Positions 37,635 through 46,342 of a DNA stretch of 64,000 bases are shown in pieces. The stretch's first letter is position 1. Every line of letters begins with the position of its first letter. Origin of the DNA: an uncultured bacterium (GTDB lineage: Bacteria; CSSED10-310; CAZUFC01); the NCBI GenBank assembly GCA_964619725.1, contig CAZUFC010000001.1:140396-204395 (forward strand). Reading direction: 5' to 3'. The position numbers and the translations under genes were made by a program. The notes under the pieces were generated by a model, which worked only from the letters and a program-made list of their open reading frames with translations, had not been told where the DNA came from and did no database searches.

Positions 37635-40600
37635 ATGAAAACCAAAAGGCTGAAGGGAATTACCGCTCTCTTTTTGATATTTTCAGCCTGCATTTGCGCG
37701 GCTGATCAAAATGAATTATGGTCACAGGACAATTTTGTTTCTGATGCCTGGTACTTTGATAAGTATTTTAACCGGACGGAACGCTTTAAGGTAGAAGGAA
37801 CAGAAATAATCGTCAAACTGGACGAATATGATGTCGCGAAATCAACGCTGCTGGCTTCGGTTTATGATATTGAGGAACTCCATGCATTGGACGAAGAATA
37901 TTATTTCGTTCATTACCGGATTCCGTTAAAAAAGGACATATGGGCTGTTTTAAAGCGTATTAATGCAGAAAAGGATGTTGCTTCTGCCTTTCCCGTTTTA
38001 ATTGACATGAGAGGAGCGAAGAAACCGGTTGTGGGAAATGAAATGACCGTGCGTTTTATTTCAGGACTGACGGAATCGGCATGTGAGGCGATAATTGAGG
38101 AGATGGGCAGTCGTGTGGTTCAGGACCATTGGACTCCGGGTTATTATACGATAACGGTTCCTGCCGGGATGACTTTATTTGAAGGAATACGGGCTTACAA
38201 TGCCCGTTCGGACGTTAAATTCGCAGAATTTTTTCTGATAGGTTATGACGACGCATTATTCATTCCGAATGATCCTGACTTTGATGATCAACAGAATTTA
38301 TTGAATACGGGCCAGGTGCCGTCGTGCGACGATTGTCCCCCGTTCGGAGATCATGACATAGACGCAGTTACGGCCTGGGACATAACCCGGGGCGATCCCG
38401 ACATCATAGTGACTATTATCGATTCGGGATGTGATTTGGATCATCCCGATCTCGTGGATAATTATCTGGACCGTGACGGAGAGGATTGGAATTTTGCGAG
38501 CACGAGCAGCGACGTCCCTGAAGACACCTACGGCCACGGCACGTCCTGTGCCGGCATAGCGGCAGCAGTGAGCGACAATGCAGAGGGAGTGGCGGGAATA
38601 GCGAATCACTGCCGCATTATGCCTTTGAAAATTGACCTTTCTTCAGGCGCCAATCAGAACAGAGCGGATGCGATTAATTACGCAGCCAGTCGTATAGGAG
38701 ATTTCGACGGTATCGTTATGAGCAACAGTTGGCGAATGAGTTCAGGTTCTTATACGGCGGTGTATGCAGCGATTGAAAGCGCCAAGGCTGCGGGTTGCGT
38801 GGTCTGCTTTGCAGCGGGAAATGAGAATCAATCCCCGGTGGAAGCGCCATCGGACAGCGAACATTGCATCTGTGTGGGAGCGTTAAGTCCTTGCGATGAA
38901 AGAAAAAGTTACAGCAGTTGCGACGGTGAATCCTGGGGATCAAGCTACGGGAACGCCCTGGATGTCGCAGCGCCCGGCGTGTTGATTCATACGACGGAAA
39001 TAGGAGGCGGATACACTGGAACGTTCAATGGAACATCCAGCGCCTGCCCGCATGTGGCTGGAGTTTGTGCGTTAATATTGTCGATAGCTCCTAATTTGAC
39101 GCCTGATGAACTTCAGGAGGCGCTGCAGGATGGATGCGACGATATTGATCCTCCAGGTTGGGATACGGAAACAGGTTACGGGCGGGTAAACGCATATAAT
39201 TCACTCAATCTGGTTTCAGGCGTTTTCATGAATAAAAAAGCCTACCAATGCGAAGACACCGTCTATGTTTCAGTCAGAGACTCAGAGCAGTCCGTCAGTA
39301 TTGAAGTCGAAGTCACCAGCAATACGGAAACTTTAGGTGAAACATTGACTCTACTCGAGATTCCGGGAGATGCCGGTTTATTTGAAGGCTCAATCGTATG
39401 CTCGGAAATACCTCCCTCTTCAGGAGACGATATTATTTCAGTCGTTCATGGCGATGAAATTACAGTTTATTACCCCGCACTAGACAAATCAGCATCATCC
39501 GCCGTTGATTGCTCTGCTCCGGACATATCCGAAGCGACGCTCGATAATATCGGCGATATCTTCGTTGAAATTTCGTGGGCAACCGATGAACCGGCTACGA
39601 CAAAAATCGTTTACGGTATAGGAACGCCCGATCAGTTTTATGAAGATTATGAATTGACTGATGCACATGAAGTGAGAATCGACGGCTTAACCGACTGCGA
39701 AAATTATGTTTTTTACGTAGAATCTTCTGACGCCGCCGGCAATACGGCCATCGACGACAACGGAGGAACATATTACTCCTTTACGACTCAAGATCGCGTC
39801 ATTTTGCTCGAAGCCGATATGGATACCGATCCCGGCTGGTCGACCGACGGACTCTGGGAATGGGGTCAGCCTGCGGGACAGGGCGGAGACCACGGAGGAC
39901 CGGACCCGAGTTCGGGTCATACGGGAAATAATGTTTATGGGTATAATCTGAACGGCGATTACACAAACTATATGGGCGAAACGGACCTGACTACGCCGGC
40001 TTTCGATTGCAGCAATGCCGATAATGTTAAATTGAGTTTCTATCGGTGGCTCGGAGTGGAACGAAGCTATTACGATCATGCTTACCTGAGAATATCCACG
40101 AACGGTTCCTCCTGGACGACTGTCTGGCAGAATCCCGACGCAGAAACTTATGACGGGCAATGGGTCCTTTACGAATACGACATAAGTCAATTTGCCGACG
40201 GAGAACCTGCCGTTTACCTGAAATGGGTTATGGGAACAACGGATTCAGCCTGGGTTTATTGCGGCTGGAACATCGACGACGTGGTCGTCTCTTACACCAT
40301 CCCATGCCAGACTTCACCTACGCCCACTGCTCCACCCACCTTTACTCCGACTCTCACTCCTACGGCTACACCTACCAGAACACCCACCTATTCGCCCACT
40401 CCCACACTTTCGCCGACGCTTTCACCTACCGCCACATTAACCCCCACCACCACCACCACCGTTACCCTCTCTCCAACCTGCTCGCCGTCTTTAACGCCGA
40501 CCGATCCGCCTTCCTATACTCCCACAGTAATCATCACTGCGACGCCATCTATAACTCCAACTTTAATTGAATTCACGCCTTCCGTTACACCTACTCATCC

Positions 40601-40961
40601 TCTGGAAGTCGGGGTGGAATTGATCATCAGCGATGAAATGTTTCATCCGGGAATGCTTTTCGAGCTTAAAGCTTTTATAGAAAATCCAGGTCCAGAAACA
40701 TACGAAGAACAACCTTTCGTCATTCTTCTCGATGTACTGGGCATGTACTTCTATTACCCGTTCTGGGATACAACCTTCTCCTTCGAACCCCTTAATCTGG
40801 GCGTCGAAACAATAGAGAAAAATATACTGACGTTTACCTGGCCGGAAACGGGCGAAGCAGCGCTCGACGGCATAGTCTTCTACGGCGCACTGCTTACCAG
40901 TGACTTTAACGATATCCTGGGAAGATTCGATGCTGAAGAATTTGGCTATGGACCCGAATGA
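37635..40961 (+). CDS. Secreted S8 subtilase with FN3-like and jelly-roll domains, P/T linker and shared C-terminal domain
   Basis: Signal peptide; IIDSG, HGTSCAG, GTSSACP triad; PT linker; FTWPE...FGYGPE. Confidence 0.9.
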   Translation: MKTKRLKGITALFLIFSACICAADQNELWSQDNFVSDAWYFDKYFNRTERFKVEGTEIIVKLDEYDVAKSTLLASVYDIEELHALDEEYYFVHYRIPLKKDIWAVLKRINAEKDVASAFPVLIDMRGAKKPVVGNEMTVRFISGLTESACEAIIEEMGSRVVQDHWTPGYYTITVPAGMTLFEGIRAYNARSDVKFAEFFLIGYDDALFIPNDPDFDDQQNLLNTGQVPSCDDCPPFGDHDIDAVTAWDITRGDPDIIVTIIDSGCDLDHPDLVDNYLDRDGEDWNFASTSSDVPEDTYGHGTSCAGIAAAVSDNAEGVAGIANHCRIMPLKIDLSSGANQNRADAINYAASRIGDFDGIVMSNSWRMSSGSYTAVYAAIESAKAAGCVVCFAAGNENQSPVEAPSDSEHCICVGALSPCDERKSYSSCDGESWGSSYGNALDVAAPGVLIHTTEIGGGYTGTFNGTSSACPHVAGVCALILSIAPNLTPDELQEALQDGCDDIDPPGWDTETGYGRVNAYNSLNLVSGVFMNKKAYQCEDTVYVSVRDSEQSVSIEVEVTSNTETLGETLTLLEIPGDAGLFEGSIVCSEIPPSSGDDIISVVHGDEITVYYPALDKSASSAVDCSAPDISEATLDNIGDIFVEISWATDEPATTKIVYGIGTPDQFYEDYELTDAHEVRIDGLTDCENYVFYVESSDAAGNTAIDDNGGTYYSFTTQDRVILLEADMDTDPGWSTDGLWEWGQPAGQGGDHGGPDPSSGHTGNNVYGYNLNGDYTNYMGETDLTTPAFDCSNADNVKLSFYRWLGVERSYYDHAYLRISTNGSSWTTVWQNPDAETYDGQWVLYEYDISQFADGEPAVYLKWVMGTTDSAWVYCGWNIDDVVVSYTIPCQTSPTPTAPPTFTPTLTPTATPTRTPTYSPTPTLSPTLSPTATLTPTTTTTVTLSPTCSPSLTPTDPPSYTPTVIITATPSITPTLIEFTPSVTPTHPLEVGVELIISDEMFHPGMLFELKAFIENPGPETYEEQPFVILLDVLGMYFYYPFWDTTFSFEPLNLGVETIEKNILTFTWPETGEAALDGIVFYGALLTSDFNDILGRFDAEEFGYGPE

Positions 40962-41062
40962 TGAGGATTCTTTACCGGCCTTCTTGAAAACCGTTTTTCG
41001 ATTCATTGCCGTGAGCGCTTTCATAAACCTGATTTAGAAAATTAGTCTCACCTAAATTCGAT

Positions 41063-41293
41063 TCATGCAAAAGTGTCGTTTTTGAAAGTAAAAAAAAACC
41101 GGAACGCTCGCAAAAGCGCTCCGGTTGCTGACGTGAACCCGATTAGAGTTCCACGTTCCTCCTTGATCCGATCATATTTATTCCTCCTTTCCAGGGGCTG
41201 CTCTTCCGCCGCCGCAATACCACCGAATCTTTCTCCGGCCCCCGATCGGAAAAATAGTATTCCTAGGCTCTCCTTCGCGGCGACCGTCATCAA
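41063..41293 (-). CDS. Possible small hypothetical protein downstream of the sigma factor
   Basis: Two SD-like tracts (AAGGAGG, AAGGAG) upstream; no recognisable domain. Confidence 0.3.
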   Translation of the reverse strand: MMTVAAKESLGILFFRSGAGERFGGIAAAEEQPLERRNKYDRIKEERGTLIGFTSATGALLRAFRFFFTFKNDTFA

Positions 41294-41340
41294 ATATACG
41301 ACTCCTTAATAATTCCTCCTTGATTGAAAACTATATCGGT

Positions 41341-41844
41341 TCATTTCCTTTCATTACTTCCCAACCTGAAAATTTTTCTCATCTGTTTAACGTGATACGT
41401 TACATTTGCCGCTGAAATTCCAAGTATCCCGCCGATTTCCCGGCGTGTATATTCCTTCTGCAATAAAATGAGTATCTCTCTTTTTTTTTCGTTCAAACGT
41501 TTGAAAAAAATAAACAGAGGCATTGTAGACGATCCGCTTGTTTCCCTCTCCGGAACATTTTCCATGAATACCAGATCATTCCGGCTCCGCCTTCTTATAT
41601 AATCCAGCATCCGCCATCGCGCCTTCTTTAATAAATAAAATTGAGGTTTCCCTATCTTCACGTCTACTTCCCTTAATGCTTCAAATACTCCAACCCATCC
41701 CTCCTGCTCCAAATCGTTCCTGTCAGCTCCCGTCCTCATCGACAACGATACCGCATAATGCCTTACGGACCTCCGTAGCCGCTCTACTAGAACCCGTCGC
41801 GCTCCAGAATCGCCGCAAGCAGCCGCTTCAATAAATTGATGCAT
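41341..41844 (-). CDS. Alternative sigma70-family factor (regions 2 and 4 only; ECF/SigH-like)
   Basis: AACGD..ARRVLV; DLEQEGWVGVFEA; RMLDYIRR; C-terminal HTH EIGGILGISAANV; RBS favours ATG 41844. Confidence 0.8.
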   Translation of the reverse strand: MHQFIEAAACGDSGARRVLVERLRRSVRHYAVSLSMRTGADRNDLEQEGWVGVFEALREVDVKIGKPQFYLLKKARWRMLDYIRRRSRNDLVFMENVPERETSGSSTMPLFIFFKRLNEKKREILILLQKEYTRREIGGILGISAANVTYHVKQMRKIFRLGSNERK

Positions 41845-41926
41845 CGATCCCTTCCTCAAAATTCAGTCTAGTTTCTTCCCTCTCGAAAAGCTCCGGTTTC
41901 TCCGGGATCAATCATCCACTATTAAG

Positions 41927-41992
41927 CTAGCCCTGATTGACGACGACTCCCCAAGAGGAATGCATTAATGCAGAGTAACTATCATTTATCAT
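41927..41992 (-). CDS. 21-aa small ORF MINDSYSALMHSSWGVVVNQG upstream of the sigma factor
   Basis: AAAGGAGG 6 nt before ATG 41992; TAG at 41927-41929. Confidence 0.45.
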   Translation of the reverse strand: MINDSYSALMHSSWGVVVNQG

Positions 41993-42277
41993 CGTATTCC
42001 TCCTTTCTGATAAATTTGACTCATCACAGTCTCATAATATATATCGCACAAAAACCACGTTTTGTTAAAATTTTATTTTCGATGATGTACTGATAATTCA
42101 AATGTGATTATGAAACCTTTATTTGCAATTCCTTGAAAGCACAATTCAAATATTTTGAATTCGAAGAACAAGTAGCCGGAAGCCGATTTTTCAGCGGGAA
42201 CAACTTTTAATTTATTGTTAAATAAACTTTTTAAAATTTTCTTTTTCGGGTGGGACAATTTAGGCTAATTGCTGAAT

Positions 42278-42310
42278 TCAAATTTTTTGAAAAAAATTCA
42301 AAAAATTTGA
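42278..42310. promoter_or_regulatory. Tandem TCAA-N5-TTGA palindromes (putative bEBP enhancer), copy 1
   Basis: Sites at 42278-42290 and 42298-42310 (20-bp period); extra site at 42146-42158; same arrangement at 57254-57286. Confidence 0.7.
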
Positions 42311-42364
42311 CCCCTTCTTAATGTTCGAAAAACTTAACTTATTGTCGATAAACTTAATTTTTTT

Positions 42365-42380
42365 TGGCACGAAAAATGCT
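42365..42380 (+). promoter_or_regulatory. sigma54 (-24/-12) promoter
   Basis: TGGCACGAAAAATGCT (GG-N10-GC). Confidence 0.75.
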
Positions 42381-42390
42381 TAATGAATAT

Positions 42391-42570
42391 CGTCAGCTTC
42401 GGACCGAAAGCAGACATTCTTATAAGCTCGGCGGAAGGCAGGGGGCGTGCTTCAAAAAAGCAGCCAGGCTGCGGAACCGAAGTATGCCCGCGGTGGAGGA
42501 AAGAAAAGGCTGAAAGCCGGGCGGGGGAGGGCCCAATAAAAGGGGGACGGTGCGTTTTACACCTCCAATG
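42391..42570 (+). ncRNA. Putative structured sigma54-dependent ncRNA, copy 1 (3' end uncertain)
   Basis: Homologous to 56960-57160(-); covarying 11-bp stem 42443-42453/42479-42489; 26/27-nt conserved block 42508-42534. Confidence 0.65.
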
Positions 42571-42994
42571 CTTAACAGGCAATGATTTGCGATCACAAAA
42601 AACGGAACCGGACGTTGCCGCCAGAATAATGTTTGAATAAAGGTATGGCGGGAAAGTCCTGGAATTATTCAGCGGTTGTCCTCTATTTCGGCTTATTTGC
42701 GGAAGAGTCTGCTTGCGACAGATGGTCAGAAAAGGCACGGCAGTATGAAGAGTCAGAAAAAAGTAAATCTATCGAACGGGTTCCAGCAGCGCCGAATTTG
42801 CATCATAAAAATAACTGATTTCAGGCGACATCACTCAATCTTTGCTTAAAAGTCCCGGATCACGATAAGAAGCGAATGATCAGGGCGTCGTCCTGCAAGA
42901 ATGTTCTACCCGGTCCTTCAATAAAAATAATTTGGAGACGCTCCAATATTCCACCGACCCGTTCATCCGCTCTTCTGCACATCCAAGCTTCCAG

Positions 42995-44566
42995 TCAGCG
43001 ACTGTCCACAAACTTATTTTTTAGGGTTGATGAGAGTCCGATCACATTGCCTGGATTCAATAAAAAATCGGGATCGAACTCTTTTTTTACGGCGCTGATT
43101 TCCTTAAGCGCTTTTTTTCCGTACATCAATTGCAGATAAGGAACGCTGTTTCCGTTTATGACAATCGTTTTTTTTCCGACCCCGTGTTCTCCTGATATGG
43201 AGCCTTTAAATGCAACGGCTTTCTGCGCCAGCTTCACATACAATTTATCGACGAAATCTCGTTCCTTCTGCGACTCAGTAATAAAGTTGCAGTGAAGGTG
43301 GTAATCGCCGATATGGCCGAATATCAGGTAATGAAAGCCTTGTCTGGGAAAGTTTCTTTTGAATTCTTCCCCGGCCTTTTTATAAGCGGCGAACATTTCC
43401 GGGAATTTTTCCGGCGGCACGACGAAATCGGTTCCCAGTTTTTTGCTGTTCTTCTTTCTGATCATGCTGTTTATTTCATCCGGAAGGGTATGCCGAAATT
43501 CCTTTAATTCGCGGAATTGTTGCTGATTTTGAGCATACCAGTCCGCTGCCGAACCGTTTTTTTGCGCCGTTTCCATAAGCCATTCCAATTTTTCATCGTC
43601 CGTATAGATCATTTCGATAAAAACTCCGGCTTTCCAAACCGGATCAATCAGAGAGTATTTCTGCTGCAAAAGCGAGAGAGCATTTTCATCAAAAAACTCG
43701 ATTGCTGATATTCCTTTGTTTTTTGCCGATCTCATTTTATCAATGAAATCCAGGGATTTTGATTCTTCGTCAAAAAAATTTACTCCCTGTAAAACATTCT
43801 TAGGCGTATCGGCCAGTACAAGGGTTAATTCGGCCGTTACGCCGAATATTCCTTCGCTGCCGATAAACAGGTCTATCAGGTCCATATTCGGTCTGACGTA
43901 AAGACCGGCCGCGTTTTTGATTTTTGGAGAATCGTATGAAGGCAGAGTGAATGAGTATTTTTTTCCCGAATCCGATGCCAATGAAAAGCGGCGTTCGTTA
44001 TCTGCGAATATTTTACCTCTTTCCAGGGAAAGCAATTCCCCGTCAGGTAAAACAACGGTCATGGACTGAATCCATTCTCTTGTCGGTCCGTAGTAGAAAC
44101 TGTGAGCCCCTGAAGCGTTAGTTGCAGCGGTTCCTCCTGCGGATGCGCTCCATTCTGTAGGGTCCGGAGGATAAAAAAATTCAGCCGGCAAAAGACGGCT
44201 TATGTTGTCCAGAGAAACGCCTGGAGCGACCGTGAGCGTTTTTCTGCACTGATTCAACTGCGCCTTTAAAACGCCTTCCGATGTTTTTTCTTCAATAAGT
44301 TCCGCATTTTTATCATTTTCAATTGAAAGCATTTTTTCCATCGCCAGGACTATACCTCCGAATAACGGAGTTCTCGCTCCCGTTATCCCGGTTCCGGCGC
44401 CTGAAATCGTGCAAAAAACTCGATCTCGACGGCAATCCTTTATAACGGATACAATATCGTCTATCGATTCAGGGAAATATATTCCTTGAACATCCGTTTC
44501 ATCAGCCCGGAAAATATTGCTTTCATCTGATGTATAATTCCTAATCACATTTCGATTTTTGATCAT
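42995..44566 (-). CDS. FAD-binding oxidoreductase (GlcD/D-lactate dehydrogenase family)
   Basis: GAGTG, YPPDP, GGTAATNASG, FIGSEG, FGHIGD..LH, SGEHGVGK, LNPG; start uncertain. Confidence 0.88.
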   Translation of the reverse strand: MIKNRNVIRNYTSDESNIFRADETDVQGIYFPESIDDIVSVIKDCRRDRVFCTISGAGTGITGARTPLFGGIVLAMEKMLSIENDKNAELIEEKTSEGVLKAQLNQCRKTLTVAPGVSLDNISRLLPAEFFYPPDPTEWSASAGGTAATNASGAHSFYYGPTREWIQSMTVVLPDGELLSLERGKIFADNERRFSLASDSGKKYSFTLPSYDSPKIKNAAGLYVRPNMDLIDLFIGSEGIFGVTAELTLVLADTPKNVLQGVNFFDEESKSLDFIDKMRSAKNKGISAIEFFDENALSLLQQKYSLIDPVWKAGVFIEMIYTDDEKLEWLMETAQKNGSAADWYAQNQQQFRELKEFRHTLPDEINSMIRKKNSKKLGTDFVVPPEKFPEMFAAYKKAGEEFKRNFPRQGFHYLIFGHIGDYHLHCNFITESQKERDFVDKLYVKLAQKAVAFKGSISGEHGVGKKTIVINGNSVPYLQLMYGKKALKEISAVKKEFDPDFLLNPGNVIGLSSTLKNKFVDSR

Positions 44567-44978
44567 TTTCGGCAGCACAGGATTAATCCTCAGCAACGTT
44601 TGAAAGAAAACGTTCAGCATCGGTTTGAATACACTTTCTCCCCTGTCGCAAACGCCCCCCTTCCCTTGCAGTATCAATTTAAACCAGAAAACCCGCATTT
44701 ATCAAATTTCTTCTTATCGCTCAAACGAATTGATGCTGATCATCCCTTTCATGGCCAGTTTTTGTCGTTAAACCGCAGCGCCTGTCCAGCATAAAATTTT
44801 GAATTGAGATTCGAGTTTGTGGACAGGCGCCGGCTAGAATAGAGTGAAAACAGGACATCAGAATCAGATTAGATTTTCGCATCAATTATTTTTGGAAGCC
44901 GTCATTCTTCTGAAGTGTTTGAATTTCGGGAGCTTTATCTCTTATAATCATGGATGTTAAATCGGAAAGGTCGGATCA

Positions 44979-46199
44979 ATGCCGGGGAAAAAATCGAAAG
45001 AAATCAGCATTAACGGATACGTCGAACCCGGATTTGAATCGGTTAAGGCGGAGTTCATAAGGAATTTCACTCATCGTGGAGAATGCGGAGCGGCCTGCGC
45101 TGCTTATCATCAGGGTAGAAAAGTAATTGATTTATGGGGCGGATACCGGGATGCTGAGAAGCAGTCATTATGGCATAAAAACACAATGGTTGCCGTTTTT
45201 TCTACAACAAAGGGCTTTTCTTCTCTTGCTGCAGCCCTGGCGCATTCACGCGGACTTCTGGATTATGATGAAAAGGTTTCGACTTACTGGCCCGAATTCG
45301 GTCAAAACGGTAAACAGGAAATCACCGTCAAACAATTAACGTCTCATCAGGCCGGACTCAGCGCACTCGACAAACCCCTGGACCTGGAAACACTTTCTGA
45401 TTTGGATAAACTGGCTGATATCCTGGCAAGGCAGAAACCTTCCTGGAAACCGGGAACAAAAACGGGCTACCATTGCTGGAGTATTGGATTTTACTTGAAC
45501 GAACTCATTAGAAGAGTCGATCCCAAACACAGAAGCATCGGCCGGTTTTTTCTGGAAGAAATCGCCGAGCCCTTAGATGCGGAATTTTATATCGGCTTGC
45601 CTTATACCATCCCTGATTCAAGGATTGCCATAATCAAAGGTATAAGCAATCCTTTTCAGTTGCTGTTTCATCTGGGTGAAATTCCCTTCTCATTCGTCAT
45701 GCGGTTTCTTAATCCCCGATCCCTGACTGTCCGCAGCATGAACAATCCCAGGATATTGTTTAATCACAAGAACATAAACAGGCGAGACGTTTTAGCGGTA
45801 GAAGTTCCCTCGGGGAACGGCATAGGCGTCGTTCGGGACATGGCGAAAATATATAATGAATTTTTGAACAGCGGCAAGAGGCTTATCATCAGAAGGGAAA
45901 CATTAAAGGCGTTGCAAGCGCCGCCCGATCCATCAGCCGACGGCGCATTCGATGTAGTCCTGAGAACTAAATCATCTTTTTCTCTCGGTTTCACAAAGCC
46001 TTCCGTAAAATCCGGCATTCTTTTCGGAAGCAGCGGGAAAAGCTTCGGTTCTTATGGCGCAGGCGGTTCTTTCGCCTATGCTGATCCTGATGCCGAAACA
46101 GCATACGCTTATGCCATGAATAAATTAGGTTTCTGCATGCGCGATGATCCTCGTGAAAAATACGTCAGAGAAGCTTTTTACCGTTCTCTGCACCTCTGA
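44979..46199 (+). CDS. Beta-lactamase-family serine hydrolase (class C / EstB-like esterase)
   Basis: DLWGG; FSTTK (SxxK); YWPEF; SHQAG; GYH; GAGGS..ADP. Confidence 0.88.
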   Translation: MPGKKSKEISINGYVEPGFESVKAEFIRNFTHRGECGAACAAYHQGRKVIDLWGGYRDAEKQSLWHKNTMVAVFSTTKGFSSLAAALAHSRGLLDYDEKVSTYWPEFGQNGKQEITVKQLTSHQAGLSALDKPLDLETLSDLDKLADILARQKPSWKPGTKTGYHCWSIGFYLNELIRRVDPKHRSIGRFFLEEIAEPLDAEFYIGLPYTIPDSRIAIIKGISNPFQLLFHLGEIPFSFVMRFLNPRSLTVRSMNNPRILFNHKNINRRDVLAVEVPSGNGIGVVRDMAKIYNEFLNSGKRLIIRRETLKALQAPPDPSADGAFDVVLRTKSSFSLGFTKPSVKSGILFGSSGKSFGSYGAGGSFAYADPDAETAYAYAMNKLGFCMRDDPREKYVREAFYRSLHL

Positions 46200-46342
46200 T
46201 CCGAAAAAAAAAATTTCCTTGAAATTTGCTTTCTTATACGAATGATGCTAATAAGTATTACCCTTGCGGGTCGGCTGAAAATAAAAAAATATTCCTTTAT
46301 CATCACAGAAATTAGTGTAATTTAAATCGGAGGAGGAAAATC

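Noticed and set aside
42287-42301. FNR box (TTGA...TCAA)
   Set aside because: Spacing is N7 rather than the N6 of TTGAT-N4-ATCAA; the isolated sites show the unit is TCAA-N5-TTGA
42383-42640. 85-aa ORF and its 81-aa counterpart at 56907-57152(-), sharing AE(S/T)RAGEGP.KGGR
   Set aside because: The 42383 ATG lies upstream of the predicted TSS, neither ORF has an RBS, and the similarity is confined to the conserved RNA block; compensatory base changes favour RNA structure
42633-42818. 61-aa ORF downstream of ncRNA copy 1 (would make the RNA a riboswitch leader)
   Set aside because: Weak RBS, no recognisable domain, and no equivalent after copy 2
44721-44830. Single TCAA-N5-TTGA at 44721 and an 11-bp inverted repeat GCGCCTGTCCA/TGGACAGGCGC (one arm also at ~31890)
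   Set aside because: Matches this short are expected by chance in 64 kb; no sigma54 motif or larger shared context
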